A stretch of 64,000 nucleotides of DNA from Candidatus Gottesmanbacteria bacterium (GTDB lineage: Bacteria > Patescibacteriota > Microgenomatia > UBA10105 > UBA927): positions 70,725 through 134,724 of the forward strand of contig JACRMP010000005.1 of NCBI GenBank assembly GCA_016214885.1. The letters are read 5' to 3'. The notes under the pieces are model-generated. The model was given only the letters and a program-made list of their open reading frames with translations, ran no database searches and was not told where the DNA came from. Both the position numbers and the translations under genes were made by a program. Shown piece by piece: positions 1 to 9,176 of this stretch (positions are counted from its first letter, which is position 1; each line of letters opens with the position of its first letter).

Positions 1-1
1 A

Positions 2-376
2 ATGGTGCTAGAGCTCCAGAATCAAGTAATTAATCTTTGGTCCGTTGTGGAAAATCTTCAACAACAAATAGATGATATCGAATCATCGCCTGGCCCTAAT
101 GGAGCGCTAAACACTTATAGAGTTACTTCGCCAATTGTTTCGGTGGGGCTAGGTGACACAGCCGAAACTTATGCTTTATGTAATCCTGGAGATCAAATAA
201 TTTCTGGTGGTTATTTTGCCGAAGGATCTACTTTACAAATAATTCAATCACGGCCAGATTTGCTATCGCCTCAGAGATGGTATGTGCAAGGATCTACTGC
301 TAATCCGCCAGCAGGAATTCTTCCTGGGATAGGAACCATTGCCGCCTATGCTTTGTGCAATGATATAACACCCTAA
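2..376 (+). CDS. Hypothetical protein, 5'-truncated at window edge; internal duplicated Y-A-L-C-N motif
   Basis: ORF runs from window start. Translation contains ETYALCNPGDQIISGGYF and AAYALCNDITP repeats. No family recognised. Confidence 0.35.
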   Translation: MVLELQNQVINLWSVVENLQQQIDDIESSPGPNGALNTYRVTSPIVSVGLGDTAETYALCNPGDQIISGGYFAEGSTLQIIQSRPDLLSPQRWYVQGSTANPPAGILPGIGTIAAYALCNDITP

Positions 377-545
377 GCTAGGTAGTGTCATGTGTTTGTA
401 TTGTTGAGAAATTGATATCACATCAAAGCATTTCGAATATCGCTCCGGTAGACAAGCACGTATAAAAAAACGAAAGTATACTTCTTTTTTATTGGCAAAT
501 TAACACTGTTGCAAAACAGTTCGTGCAATTGTTAGAATTATTACA

Positions 546-1046
546 ATGAGCAAACTCATCACATGTATTTGGTTTGCCAATAACAACGGAGAAGAGGCAG
601 CCAAATACTACATAGATACATTTAAGGCAGCTCCCGGCGAACATAGTGCAACAATGGGAGACATCACTAAATCCCCCAAGGCAAGCGAAGAAGTTTCCGG
701 CAGACCCGAAGGATCTGTAATGACCGTAGAGTTAGAGCTTGACGGCATTAACTTTATGCTGCTTAATGGGGGCCCTGTAGATCAATTCAAACTAAACGGC
801 GCCACTTCATATATTATAGAGTGTGAAACACAAGAAGAAATTGATTTTTTCTGGGAAAAACTCTCAGCAGTTCCTGAAGCTGAGCAATGTGGCTGGTGCA
901 CAGACAAATTCGGCGTCACTTGGCAGGTAGCTCCAAGAATCCTTGATGAACTGATGCGTAATCCGCAAAAGGCAGATGCGGTAACCGCCGTGTTTATGCC
1001 GATGAAGAAACTGGATCTTGAAGCGATCCGAAAAGCCGGCGAATAA
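546..1046 (+). CDS. VOC / PhnB-like family protein (glyoxalase-bleomycin resistance fold; 3-demethylubiquinone-9 3-methyltransferase-like domain)
   Basis: The N-terminus ITCIWFANNNGEEAAKYY and overall length of about 165 aa are typical of PhnB/YjdN-like VOC proteins. Confidence 0.55.
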   Translation: MSKLITCIWFANNNGEEAAKYYIDTFKAAPGEHSATMGDITKSPKASEEVSGRPEGSVMTVELELDGINFMLLNGGPVDQFKLNGATSYIIECETQEEIDFFWEKLSAVPEAEQCGWCTDKFGVTWQVAPRILDELMRNPQKADAVTAVFMPMKKLDLEAIRKAGE

Positions 1047-1114
1047 CGCTGCAAAAAAATAAATTTGGTCTCAAATTGTTACTCCTTTAATTGACATTTT
1101 GTTAAAATAATCTC

Positions 1115-1420
1115 ATGGCTAAACCCATCTTAGGAGGCGTCGTACATAGCGTTCCGGCGGATTTGAGCAATGCGTTAGCTTCTGACACCAAAGCGCTCGC
1201 AATCTGGGAGACACTCACCCCCCTTTCCCGAAACGAATGGATATGCTGGGTTACGTTTGTTAAGAAAGAGGAAACCAGAAAAGACCATGTAAAACGGGTT
1301 GTCGGCGAACTTAAGGAAGGAATACGCCGGCCATGCTGCTGGCTGGGATGCATCCACCGCAAAGATAAAAAAATTAGTCCGTCGGTGATGGGAATTCTCA
1401 ACAAACGCAAAAAGAAATAG
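1115..1420 (+). CDS. YdeI/OmpD-associated family protein (small basic protein)
   Basis: Motifs SRNEWICWV...KEGIRRPCC resemble the conserved core of the YdeI/OmpD-associated family. RBS-like AGGAGG lies upstream. Confidence 0.45.
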   Translation: MAKPILGGVVHSVPADLSNALASDTKALAIWETLTPLSRNEWICWVTFVKKEETRKDHVKRVVGELKEGIRRPCCWLGCIHRKDKKISPSVMGILNKRKKK

Positions 1421-1446
1421 CGATCAATTGAAGTCACGGGCTTCAG

Positions 1447-1908
1447 ATGTTAGGCTTATCGCATATGACCAAGAAAAAACAGCTAAAAAACACCTGGCTC
1501 ACCCGCTTTAAGGAAATGCCGCTATTAATAAAATTATTTTTTGTCCTGGGGAGTTATTCTGCGGTACTTAGTGCCATAGACCTTCTGACGTTTAAGCCCC
1601 TCACATTCACCTATTTCGGCTCCGCATTCCCGCAAAACATGCCGGCGGTCTGGCATCTTTATGCTCTTGCCATAAATGTATTTTCCCTATATGTCTATAT
1701 AAAACGGTCGTATTCGTTCCTTAAAACCTATCTGTATATAAGTGCTGCAGTGCTTACCGTATCGGTAGCCAACTCGGTATATGAAACGCTCAGGCTTCCT
1801 GCAGAACAACGCTTACCGGTTGTCATCGTGTACGGCGTCACCTATGCCCTGGCAATCCTCATCTTCGTATACTTTCTTGGCCAGAAAAAATATTTCAACA
1901 AACCCTAA
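1447..1908 (+). CDS. Hypothetical integral membrane protein
   Basis: About four hydrophobic helices. No conserved motif recognised. Confidence 0.4.
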   Translation: MLGLSHMTKKKQLKNTWLTRFKEMPLLIKLFFVLGSYSAVLSAIDLLTFKPLTFTYFGSAFPQNMPAVWHLYALAINVFSLYVYIKRSYSFLKTYLYISAAVLTVSVANSVYETLRLPAEQRLPVVIVYGVTYALAILIFVYFLGQKKYFNKP

Positions 1909-1939
1909 GAGGGTAAACCGCGAAGATCCGCTGAGTGGT

Positions 1940-2401
1940 TTATGCTTCCCTTTGCTTTATTGCCTCATTTATCAGCAGAATCTGATTTTTCCGCAAAAGC
2001 GGCATGCTGTCCAGGGAAAAAAATCCGTATTCGGACACTTCCCTCGTTGGAGTGAATTCCCCGCCGATAAAGGTTCCGATATAGCACATATCCAGCCGTG
2101 CCGTTTCGCGGTCAGTTCTGGTCTTAAGCTGGACATCAACGCTTACCACCAAATTTGATTCTTCTTTAATTTCCCGTTCCAGCGCTTCTTTTGGGTGCTC
2201 TCCTGATTTTAGGTAGCCGCCCGGCAGACTCCATGCATGGTGACGGTAGGTATGCTTAAAAAGAAGTACTTCGCCTTTTTTGTTAAAGATAATTCCGGTG
2301 ACCCCTACAAGAAATTGGCTCTCAAAAAGCCGCATGAAAAAAAGCTGTGTCCCCTTGGGAAGACTCAATAATTTCCAGATTTTTATAAGAAGCGTTTTCA
2401 C
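1940..2401 (-). CDS. NUDIX hydrolase
   Basis: Nudix box GGYLKSGEHPKEALEREIKEESNL matches GX5EX7REUXEEXGU. Confidence 0.75.
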   Translation of the reverse strand: MKTLLIKIWKLLSLPKGTQLFFMRLFESQFLVGVTGIIFNKKGEVLLFKHTYRHHAWSLPGGYLKSGEHPKEALEREIKEESNLVVSVDVQLKTRTDRETARLDMCYIGTFIGGEFTPTREVSEYGFFSLDSMPLLRKNQILLINEAIKQREA

Positions 2402-2745
2402 ATCGCGTTTTTGTCTGCAGACGCTCCGGTTCCCGAATCTGCCCTGAGCTCAGCATTTTCTATCTCCAATTTATGGATCCGCTTGGTCAGTTCAGCGATT
2501 TCATTTTTGGTTTTTTTAATGGTGTGATCTTTCCTGCGCAGGGTGAACCCGACAAATACTGAATGAATCAGATAAAAAAGATACGCCAAAACCAATCCGG
2601 CCAGCAGCGAACCCGTGATGACATAAAACAATGGCAGGTCAGTAACCACTGTCGAACCAAGATGTAATGTCACCGGTGTCAGATTGTCCTGTGCCAGATA
2701 AACAAGCGCCGATCCAATAAGAAGAATAAGAATAAGGGTTATCAT
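2398..2745 (-). CDS. LapA-like / DUF1049 membrane protein (TM segment plus coiled-coil tail)
   Basis: Two N-terminal TM helices are followed by KKTKNEIAELTKRIHKLEIENAELR, a coiled-coil. It overlaps the downstream NUDIX gene by 4 nt. Confidence 0.4.
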   Translation of the reverse strand: MITLILILLIGSALVYLAQDNLTPVTLHLGSTVVTDLPLFYVITGSLLAGLVLAYLFYLIHSVFVGFTLRRKDHTIKKTKNEIAELTKRIHKLEIENAELRADSGTGASADKNAM

Positions 2746-2809
2746 GTCCGCTCAGTATACACGTTTTTACCTTAACTATGTTAGTAGCCGTACAATACTT
2801 GGATAATAA

Positions 2810-3334
2810 TTGACATATAATAGATACATGGCATCTTTCCGATTTAGTCCGATTACAGACAAAGAACAACTCGTCGACGCACTTACCTATATCCATGCAG
2901 CCTGTCATGCCCTCTGCATGCAATCCCTGGGGCAATACCTCCCCGTTGCGGGCAATATCGGGGTATTCTGCCACTTTGATGAAGAATATTTACGACTCAC
3001 CCGGATACAACAGCAACTGACTGATCCCGCCGACCCGGTATACGGAAAATACTTTAAACTCCATGAGCCAATCCATATAGCGGCAAACAACGGAATCCCT
3101 GAAGCCACCTATACTCACCTCTATATACGCAAACCGGATCCCGGAAAACCTCAGACGGGTGACTTAGATTTCTACATGGAACCGTCTTCGTTCACGCAAC
3201 TCAAACAATCAGTGGCAAACGGTGGAAACGACCGCGGCATGCGGATACTGGACCGGCCGGACCTGGATCTTGTTGAGCTTTATGACACGGATAGTGATGC
3301 CCTGGGGTATATCGGGACAAAACTATTCCGATAA
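2810..3334 (+). CDS. Hypothetical protein
   Basis: A 174-aa ORF with no recognisable motif. Start codon is uncertain. Confidence 0.3.
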   Translation: MTYNRYMASFRFSPITDKEQLVDALTYIHAACHALCMQSLGQYLPVAGNIGVFCHFDEEYLRLTRIQQQLTDPADPVYGKYFKLHEPIHIAANNGIPEATYTHLYIRKPDPGKPQTGDLDFYMEPSSFTQLKQSVANGGNDRGMRILDRPDLDLVELYDTDSDALGYIGTKLFR

Positions 3335-3427
3335 TTGCTATTATACAATCAACCGTCTAAACAACAATTACTCCGGTGCCCGTATAAATCAATGCTCCCA
3401 TTACTGCAGGTTTGTTAAGATTAGATC

Positions 3428-4510
3428 ATGAACTCATTCCGAACGACTATTAAGACTGCTCTACGTATTACTTTTTTGTTTTTCGCCAACGTCCTCCTGA
3501 TAATAATCATCTTCGCTGGGGCGGAAGCTTTTACGCGCTTTCGCCTTCTTGGATACGAAAAAGCACTACAAACTATGGTAGCGCCGTCTCACCGGCTCAC
3601 TGCACTTGGTGCAGCTGATTGGGCAATCTCTGATCCGGATCTCAACTACCGCCTCAATCCCGCACGGAACGATGTCAACGAGTTCTCGATGCCGGCGCCG
3701 GAAATATCCATTCCAAAACCAAAAGGAGTTACCCGAATCATCATATTGGGCGATTCGTTGCCATACTTCGGGGATCCCACATTCGTTGAACTGCTTCAGG
3801 AATACTACCGGACAAACAACAAGGTGGAAATTTTTAGCGCTGCCACACCCGGATATACCACCTTTCAGGAAGTTATGTACTATAAAAAATATCTTGACAC
3901 ACTGGAACCCGATCTTATTCTTCTCAGTTATTGTTTAAATGATAATCACCGGTTTCTTCACCGGTTTGATGAAAACGAAAATATGCTTTGGACCGAAGAG
4001 GCTGAAAAAAGTCTTTCCGTACATAACCCTCTTGACGCGTTCATTGTCAAAAGCTATTTCCTATCATCCCTTAGGCTCGCTTTTATCGACAAACAGCGGC
4101 GGCCGGAATCTTCTCCGTATCCGTGGGAAACGGACTTAACGACACATGTGGCATGGAAAGATCATACGTGGAATGAATTCCACCGCCTGCTAAAAGAGCT
4201 TAACGACAGTGTAAAAATTCATAATGGCAAGCTCTTTGTGATAATTTTTCCATTGGAAGTGCAATTGAATCCGGAATTCACCGACAACAATTTTTACTAT
4301 GTTACGAAACCGCAGAAACGTGTTATGGCTTTTTGCCAAACACTCGGCCTTGCCTGCCTTGATCTATTTGATCCGTTCTTCTCACTTTCTCAGGGAGGAG
4401 CTGAGCTATACACGGATGGATTGCACTTTACGACAGCCGGCCATATGCTGGCAGCTTCAGAAATCAGCGCATTTCTTAATCGGCACTACTTTGCTGAAAC
4501 AAAGCAATAA
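3428..4510 (+). CDS. SGNH/GDSL-type hydrolase with N-terminal membrane anchor
   Basis: An N-terminal TM helix is present. Block I is IIILGDSLPYFGD, a GDS motif. The C-terminal DGLHFTTAGH carries the catalytic DxxH. Confidence 0.55.
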   Translation: MNSFRTTIKTALRITFLFFANVLLIIIIFAGAEAFTRFRLLGYEKALQTMVAPSHRLTALGAADWAISDPDLNYRLNPARNDVNEFSMPAPEISIPKPKGVTRIIILGDSLPYFGDPTFVELLQEYYRTNNKVEIFSAATPGYTTFQEVMYYKKYLDTLEPDLILLSYCLNDNHRFLHRFDENENMLWTEEAEKSLSVHNPLDAFIVKSYFLSSLRLAFIDKQRRPESSPYPWETDLTTHVAWKDHTWNEFHRLLKELNDSVKIHNGKLFVIIFPLEVQLNPEFTDNNFYYVTKPQKRVMAFCQTLGLACLDLFDPFFSLSQGGAELYTDGLHFTTAGHMLAASEISAFLNRHYFAETKQ

Positions 4511-4604
4511 GCTCTCCCTCGCTCACCCCGGAAAACATATTCCGGGCGACGATTCCGTCAGCACCATAGCCCGCTTCAGGTAGCTCAACAACAAAAATAG
4601 GCTA

Positions 4605-5195
4605 TCACTCGCGTACCTGCGAAAGCTTTGTATATATTGGATCGATGGGGATACGTTTTGGATACCTAACAAGCCGGGGTAGATACTCACCCGCTCTAAA
4701 CGGCGCCATCTTCATCTTCCTCTTCATTCTGTTTTGGAACTCCTGCCAGAGCACATATTTAGCCCGTGTTAAATGCATGGTTCCCGTACAATAGTCACTT
4801 TCACACCGGCACCCATGAGTACACGGGTTACAGCTTTCATCCTTTGGGCTTAATAAATACGAAATAGTAAGCTCTTCTCCGGGAATAATGTCCCGTAATG
4901 CAAAAAATAACGTGTGCCCCCGATAGACATATATCCAGCAGTTAGGCATACAGGAATGATTGAATAAGTGTACGCCGGGCTTAGTCACATCAGGATACAG
5001 AAACGCATTGTCGGTAAACGACATGATATATAATTCATTGGGATTTGCAGTAGTTTCATAATCGACAATCGGAATAACTTTACCCAAGTAATCCCCGATG
5101 ACCATTCCTTTACGGATGGTTTTTACGGCAAACACCCCTCTCCCCTTTGCGCCGGCTCTGTGAATGGATATGTAATCGGGCTGAATCAGAAACAT
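4605..5195 (-). CDS. SET-domain protein (putative protein-lysine methyltransferase)
   Basis: GRGVFAVKTIRKGMVIGDY... then FNHSCMPNC (the NHSCxPN SET signature) and ELTISY, followed by a Cys-rich post-SET-like segment CNPCTHGCRCESDYC. Confidence 0.7.
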   Translation of the reverse strand: MFLIQPDYISIHRAGAKGRGVFAVKTIRKGMVIGDYLGKVIPIVDYETTANPNELYIMSFTDNAFLYPDVTKPGVHLFNHSCMPNCWIYVYRGHTLFFALRDIIPGEELTISYLLSPKDESCNPCTHGCRCESDYCTGTMHLTRAKYVLWQEFQNRMKRKMKMAPFRAGEYLPRLVRYPKRIPIDPIYTKLSQVRE

Positions 5196-5307
5196 AAAGG
5201 TGTAGTAACTGCGCCTTCAGGATACCACATATAATCCGCAAAGGATTTATACGACACTGTTTGTATGGTACCCTTGTTCTATAAGGAAAGGAGGTGAATA
5301 AACCAAA

Positions 5308-5595
5308 ATGACAGATCAAAATCAAAACGATAACAAAGGCGGCATCAATCCAGCCGTTGCCGCAGTAGCGGGGGCAGTTGCAGGAGCCGCAGCAGTGGGT
5401 ATTGCGGGAGTCGCTGTACTGGCAAACAACAAAACCCGTAAACAGGCCGAAAAAGCCATCGACGACGCAAAAGATAAAGTAATAGAAATGAAAGAAAGCG
5501 TTGAAGAAAAGCTTGAAGAAGGAAAAGAAAAGGTAAACACCCTGGTATCTGCGGTCAAAGATGCAGCGCAGGACGTTAAAAAAGCCGTTAAATAA
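5308..5595 (+). CDS. Small membrane-anchored coiled-coil protein (YtxH-like general stress type)
   Basis: An Ala/Gly-rich TM segment, VAAVAGAVAGAAAVGIAGVAVL, is followed by a charged KE-rich helix. AAGGAGG RBS upstream. Confidence 0.4.
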   Translation: MTDQNQNDNKGGINPAVAAVAGAVAGAAAVGIAGVAVLANNKTRKQAEKAIDDAKDKVIEMKESVEEKLEEGKEKVNTLVSAVKDAAQDVKKAVK

Positions 5596-5601
5596 ATTAC
5601 C

Positions 5602-5632
5602 CTCCTATATAAGGAACAGACCTATATAGGAG
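5602..5632. repeat. Perfect 10-bp inverted repeat CTCCTATATA...TATATAGGAG with 11-nt spacer
   Basis: Read directly from the sequence, immediately 3' of the 5308-5595 gene and within a ~310-nt intergenic region. Confidence 0.4.
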
Positions 5633-5839
5633 ATGACATTATAGTTGTATCACCGTTTTGCTTCTTTCACGACCAACAGTCGTATACACGGCTGTTGTCG
5701 TGATTATGGCTACACCCATCTGAAGCACCCAATGAGTCTGAAGTGTCATAGTCACCAACCAGACTATTGAACCCACAGCAGCACTTCCGGCCACAAAACG
5801 CACGACATTTTGTCATATTTCCTGCTCTAGGGATACCAT

Positions 5840-5860
5840 TTCTCCCTCGGTGAGGGAGAA
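5840..5860. promoter_or_regulatory. 9-bp perfect hairpin TTCTCCCTC-GGT-GAGGGAGAA upstream of the 5911 gene
   Basis: Read directly. No U-tract on either strand, so a regulatory structure is more likely than a terminator. Confidence 0.3.
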
Positions 5861-5910
5861 TTCAAGCAATATTAATCCAGATGGTGTATACTACTTTTGT
5901 AGGCATATAA

Positions 5911-6369
5911 ATGATTGAACCTCAAATAACAGAAGTACAGGAAGTAACCACCGTATCCACTCCGACCGCTCAACAGGTTGTCCGAAAAACAAGAATTGTC
6001 CCCCCCGTTGTTACCGAATCACCGCAAAAAGTATATGAGGCCAAAAAGGTAATATTCAGAACTTATCAAATAGTCTGGTATATCCTCGGCGTAATTGAAG
6101 TACTGCTGACATTCCGGGTTATCCTAAAGCTGCTGGGTGCAAATCCTTTAAGCAGTTTCACCAATTTTATTTATGCCATAAGTGATCCGTTTGCACTGCC
6201 GTTTGCCGGAATTCTTAGAACAAGTGCCTCGTCAGGTATGCTGCTTGAATGGTCCACACTTATTGCCATGACTGTATACGCAATTATTGCCTACGGGATC
6301 GTATCACTTCTGCAGCTCATCAAACCGACCACTCCCCAAGAGGTCGAACATTCTGTCGATAATCCGTAA
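5911..6369 (+). CDS. Hypothetical membrane protein (YggT-like topology)
   Basis: Two or three TM helices follow a Thr/Val-rich N-terminus. No firm family assignment. Confidence 0.35.
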   Translation: MIEPQITEVQEVTTVSTPTAQQVVRKTRIVPPVVTESPQKVYEAKKVIFRTYQIVWYILGVIEVLLTFRVILKLLGANPLSSFTNFIYAISDPFALPFAGILRTSASSGMLLEWSTLIAMTVYAIIAYGIVSLLQLIKPTTPQEVEHSVDNP

Positions 6370-6423
6370 TTATTAACCGCGTAATCCAGGCAGCAAAACT
6401 CACACTAAGGAGGTGAATGTACC

Positions 6424-6621
6424 ATGACAACAATAGTAAATAATCCTCCGCCATCGGATAATTCAGGTGGACCCGCAGGTATGATCATTGGACTTGTAAT
6501 CGTAATTATCGTCGGATATCTCTTTGTGGTTTACGGTGTTCCGGCCATCAGGCAGATACAGACAACAAGCCCACAGATAAATGTGCCCAGTGAAATTGAC
6601 GTGAATATAAAACAAGAATAA
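6424..6621 (+). CDS. Small hypothetical membrane protein
   Basis: A 65-aa ORF with a single TM helix (IIGLVIVIIVGYLFVVYGV). The RBS AAGGAGGTGAATG precedes it. Confidence 0.35.
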   Translation: MTTIVNNPPPSDNSGGPAGMIIGLVIVIIVGYLFVVYGVPAIRQIQTTSPQINVPSEIDVNIKQE

Positions 6622-6645
6622 AAAATTCAGAAAGGATATAAGCAA

Positions 6646-6897
6646 ATGGATATAGTACTGTGGATTCTTTTCGGGGCAATAGCGGGATGGATCGCTTCCA
6701 TCATCATGAAATCCGATGCAGGTCAGGGAACACTCATGGATATAGTCCTGGGTGTGATAGGTGCCGCTGTCGGCGGATTTCTCATGAATCTCATCGGCAA
6801 GTCAGGTGTCACTGGTTTTAATCTCTACAGCCTTATCGTGGCGGTACTTGGCGCAATAGTCGTCATTTATATCGGCCGCATGCTATTACGGAGATAA
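6646..6897 (+). CDS. GlsB/YeaQ/YmgE family (transglycosylase-associated) small membrane protein
   Basis: LFGAIAGWIAS...GVIGAAVGGFLMNLIG is the typical glycine-zipper repeat pattern of this family. Confidence 0.7.
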   Translation: MDIVLWILFGAIAGWIASIIMKSDAGQGTLMDIVLGVIGAAVGGFLMNLIGKSGVTGFNLYSLIVAVLGAIVVIYIGRMLLRR

Positions 6898-6927
6898 TAC
6901 GTACCGCAAAAAAGGAGGTGAATAATT

Positions 6928-7068
6928 ATGAATTTTTCAACAACAAATCTAAGCCCGTTAGCGTCGCTGCTATTCGGTGTACTGATATTACTGTTTCCTA
7001 AATTTCTCAATTATCTTATAGCCGGATATCTGATAATCATAGGTATAGTCGGGCTCGGACTATTGTAA
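6928..7068 (+). CDS. DUF3096-like 46-aa membrane protein (not in the supplied ORF track)
   Basis: Translated manually as MNFSTTNLSPLASLLFGVLILLFPKFLNYLIAGYLIIIGIVGLGLL. Strong RBS AAAGGAGGTG sits 8 nt upstream. Confidence 0.5.
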   Translation: MNFSTTNLSPLASLLFGVLILLFPKFLNYLIAGYLIIIGIVGLGLL

Positions 7069-7105
7069 TACAGAGGAAATTCAATCTCATTATCGCCATC
7101 ATTAT

Positions 7106-9148
7106 TCATGATAATGTGTTTGCAGTGCTAAGACCATTAACTCTCGTCTCCGGCGAGTATACTGCCTTCAGTATAAGGCGCTCAGCAGAAATATCTCCCG
7201 CATAGCATATCCCGGTTATTCCGGCACTAGCGGCAGCGTTAAGATTGGTAATTTCATTGTCGATGAATATAATTTCTTGCGGTAGAACATGTACTCGAGA
7301 TAATAACCCAATCCAAAAAGCCTGATGGTGTTTACGATAGCCTAATTTCCACGAAAAATATTTCCCCGAAAACCACTTTCCAAGGATACCGGTAAGATAC
7401 ACACTCCGGTATTTTTCCTGATCTGAGCAAATGATACTCTTTACCCCTAGATCGTGAAGCGTTTGGGTGAACGTTAGCAACGTTCCATCAATACGCTCAC
7501 ACTCAACCGTAAACCATTGCCTCATTAATTCACCGGCCGTTCCTTCCCATCCAAAAGCTCTGAGGTTTTTATTAAGTTCCGTTTTCAAATTCTTTTTCCC
7601 GATAAGGCATTGTGGATACACACTGCGGAAAAATAATCCCAGCTCTTCCGACTTGTCGCCATGCTCCAGGAGATAGTGCTCACCAAACGTCGTACGCCGG
7701 AATACAATTACTCCATCCAAATCAAAACATACGAGACGCTTTTTACCGGTAATTGGCTGCAGGTTCTCCAGATCAACAGGCATTTTATAATTCCAGTTAT
7801 TCGAACTTATTACACCCGGTACATTAATCCGCTCACGCGAAAGCAGCCAATCCTGCATGGGAACGATAAGTGTGTTGCAACTATTTTTCAAAAACTCCCT
7901 TATTTCGCCTGCCAGAACCAATGAGGCTGATGCATGCGTTACGCGGCGCAATTTGTGCTTTAGTCCGAACACGCGCGCTAACTTATCTTGCTGCGTTTGG
8001 GTAAGCGATTCCAGATAGGATACAAGCGGCTCAGTATCATGTGTGGAAGAAAAAAATATATGATTTTTTTTATATTTACCTGAATCAAAATCCTTTGGAT
8101 TTATGCGCAATTTTCCCTTGGCGAGCAACATGGATGCCACCGATATACCGGCAACATCAAGCGAAGCAGCTTCCCTATGTAACCGGGTCATATCAAGACC
8201 CGAAACATCTTCGATATAGACATCCATGCCTAATTTGCGCGAATAGCTCACCACATGCGCAAAGAGATGCGGAAATGGAGTTTTTTCTCTTGTGTCCATG
8301 TGAGGATTAGTTGCGTGGAGTTTTTCATAAGCAAAAAATCTGACTGCTGCGTCTAATCGTGCCATGCGGTAAAGCCTGGCGGCATACCGTATGCGGACAT
8401 CCCACAGCCTCTGCATAACACCCAGACTTTCCGGCGGATCATATTTATAAAGGGGAAATCCCCACACCTGCCGCTTGCCAAAATGCTCCCCGCCCCGTGA
8501 ACCAGCTACATATTCCATGTTACCGTTGACACCTACCGAAAAAGCGCTTTGATATTTCCACACTAACGGGGTATGCAACTCCAGATAAAATGGAATATCT
8601 CCCCAAATTTGCACGTTATAAAGCTCTGCGTATCTCAATAAATCATTATAATAATGGTGCAGCACCGCCTGCTCCCGGATAATCTCATTAATTTCCCCGC
8701 TGTGATTCTTATAAAAATCAGCTGTCTCGGGGCTTCCGGCATTCCGGTATCGCGGGTTCCATTGCACCCATTTATCGGTTTCCTGATCCCTGCTCAGTGC
8801 AACAAAAAGCGCGTAATCATATATCCACTCATCATGCTCTTTCAGAAATCGATCTATATCTACTTCTGCATCAGATTCCTTTTTTGATAGAAACTGTGGA
8901 TTAAGTCCGACACCATACGACGAATAAGGTGAATAAAATAAATCCAATTGTTTCTTATATGAGGTTGGATGGAGAGGTAGAACCTGCCAGCACTGCTGAT
9001 TTGTTTTATGCAGCCAGTCGATAAATAGCTTCGCCCGATCAAAATACGATAACGACTTTCCGCTATAAAGGGAATTGAACGGGAGCATGGTTCCGAGACG
9101 TGCAGTCATATAACTATATCGCAGTGCGGTAAACACAAACGTAACCAA
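7106..9148 (-). CDS. malQ: 4-alpha-glucanotransferase (GH77 amylomaltase, MalQ-like) fused to a C-terminal HAD-family hydrolase domain
   Basis: The N-terminal part has CWQVLPLHPT...YSPYSSYGVGLNPQFL, the GH77 signature. The C-terminal ~200 aa begin RLVCFDLDGVIV, HAD motif I DxD. Start codon is uncertain, with several in-frame Met. Confidence 0.7.
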   Translation of the reverse strand: MVTFVFTALRYSYMTARLGTMLPFNSLYSGKSLSYFDRAKLFIDWLHKTNQQCWQVLPLHPTSYKKQLDLFYSPYSSYGVGLNPQFLSKKESDAEVDIDRFLKEHDEWIYDYALFVALSRDQETDKWVQWNPRYRNAGSPETADFYKNHSGEINEIIREQAVLHHYYNDLLRYAELYNVQIWGDIPFYLELHTPLVWKYQSAFSVGVNGNMEYVAGSRGGEHFGKRQVWGFPLYKYDPPESLGVMQRLWDVRIRYAARLYRMARLDAAVRFFAYEKLHATNPHMDTREKTPFPHLFAHVVSYSRKLGMDVYIEDVSGLDMTRLHREAASLDVAGISVASMLLAKGKLRINPKDFDSGKYKKNHIFFSSTHDTEPLVSYLESLTQTQQDKLARVFGLKHKLRRVTHASASLVLAGEIREFLKNSCNTLIVPMQDWLLSRERINVPGVISSNNWNYKMPVDLENLQPITGKKRLVCFDLDGVIVFRRTTFGEHYLLEHGDKSEELGLFFRSVYPQCLIGKKNLKTELNKNLRAFGWEGTAGELMRQWFTVECERIDGTLLTFTQTLHDLGVKSIICSDQEKYRSVYLTGILGKWFSGKYFSWKLGYRKHHQAFWIGLLSRVHVLPQEIIFIDNEITNLNAAASAGITGICYAGDISAERLILKAVYSPETRVNGLSTANTLS

Positions 9149-9176
9149 TGTCGCGCATACGGTAAGGTGAAAATTA

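Noticed and set aside
5322-5558. 78-aa minus-strand Ala/Thr/Ser-rich ORF
   Set aside because: It is the antisense shadow of the small Ala-rich membrane protein gene at 5308-5595. The plus-strand gene has the RBS.
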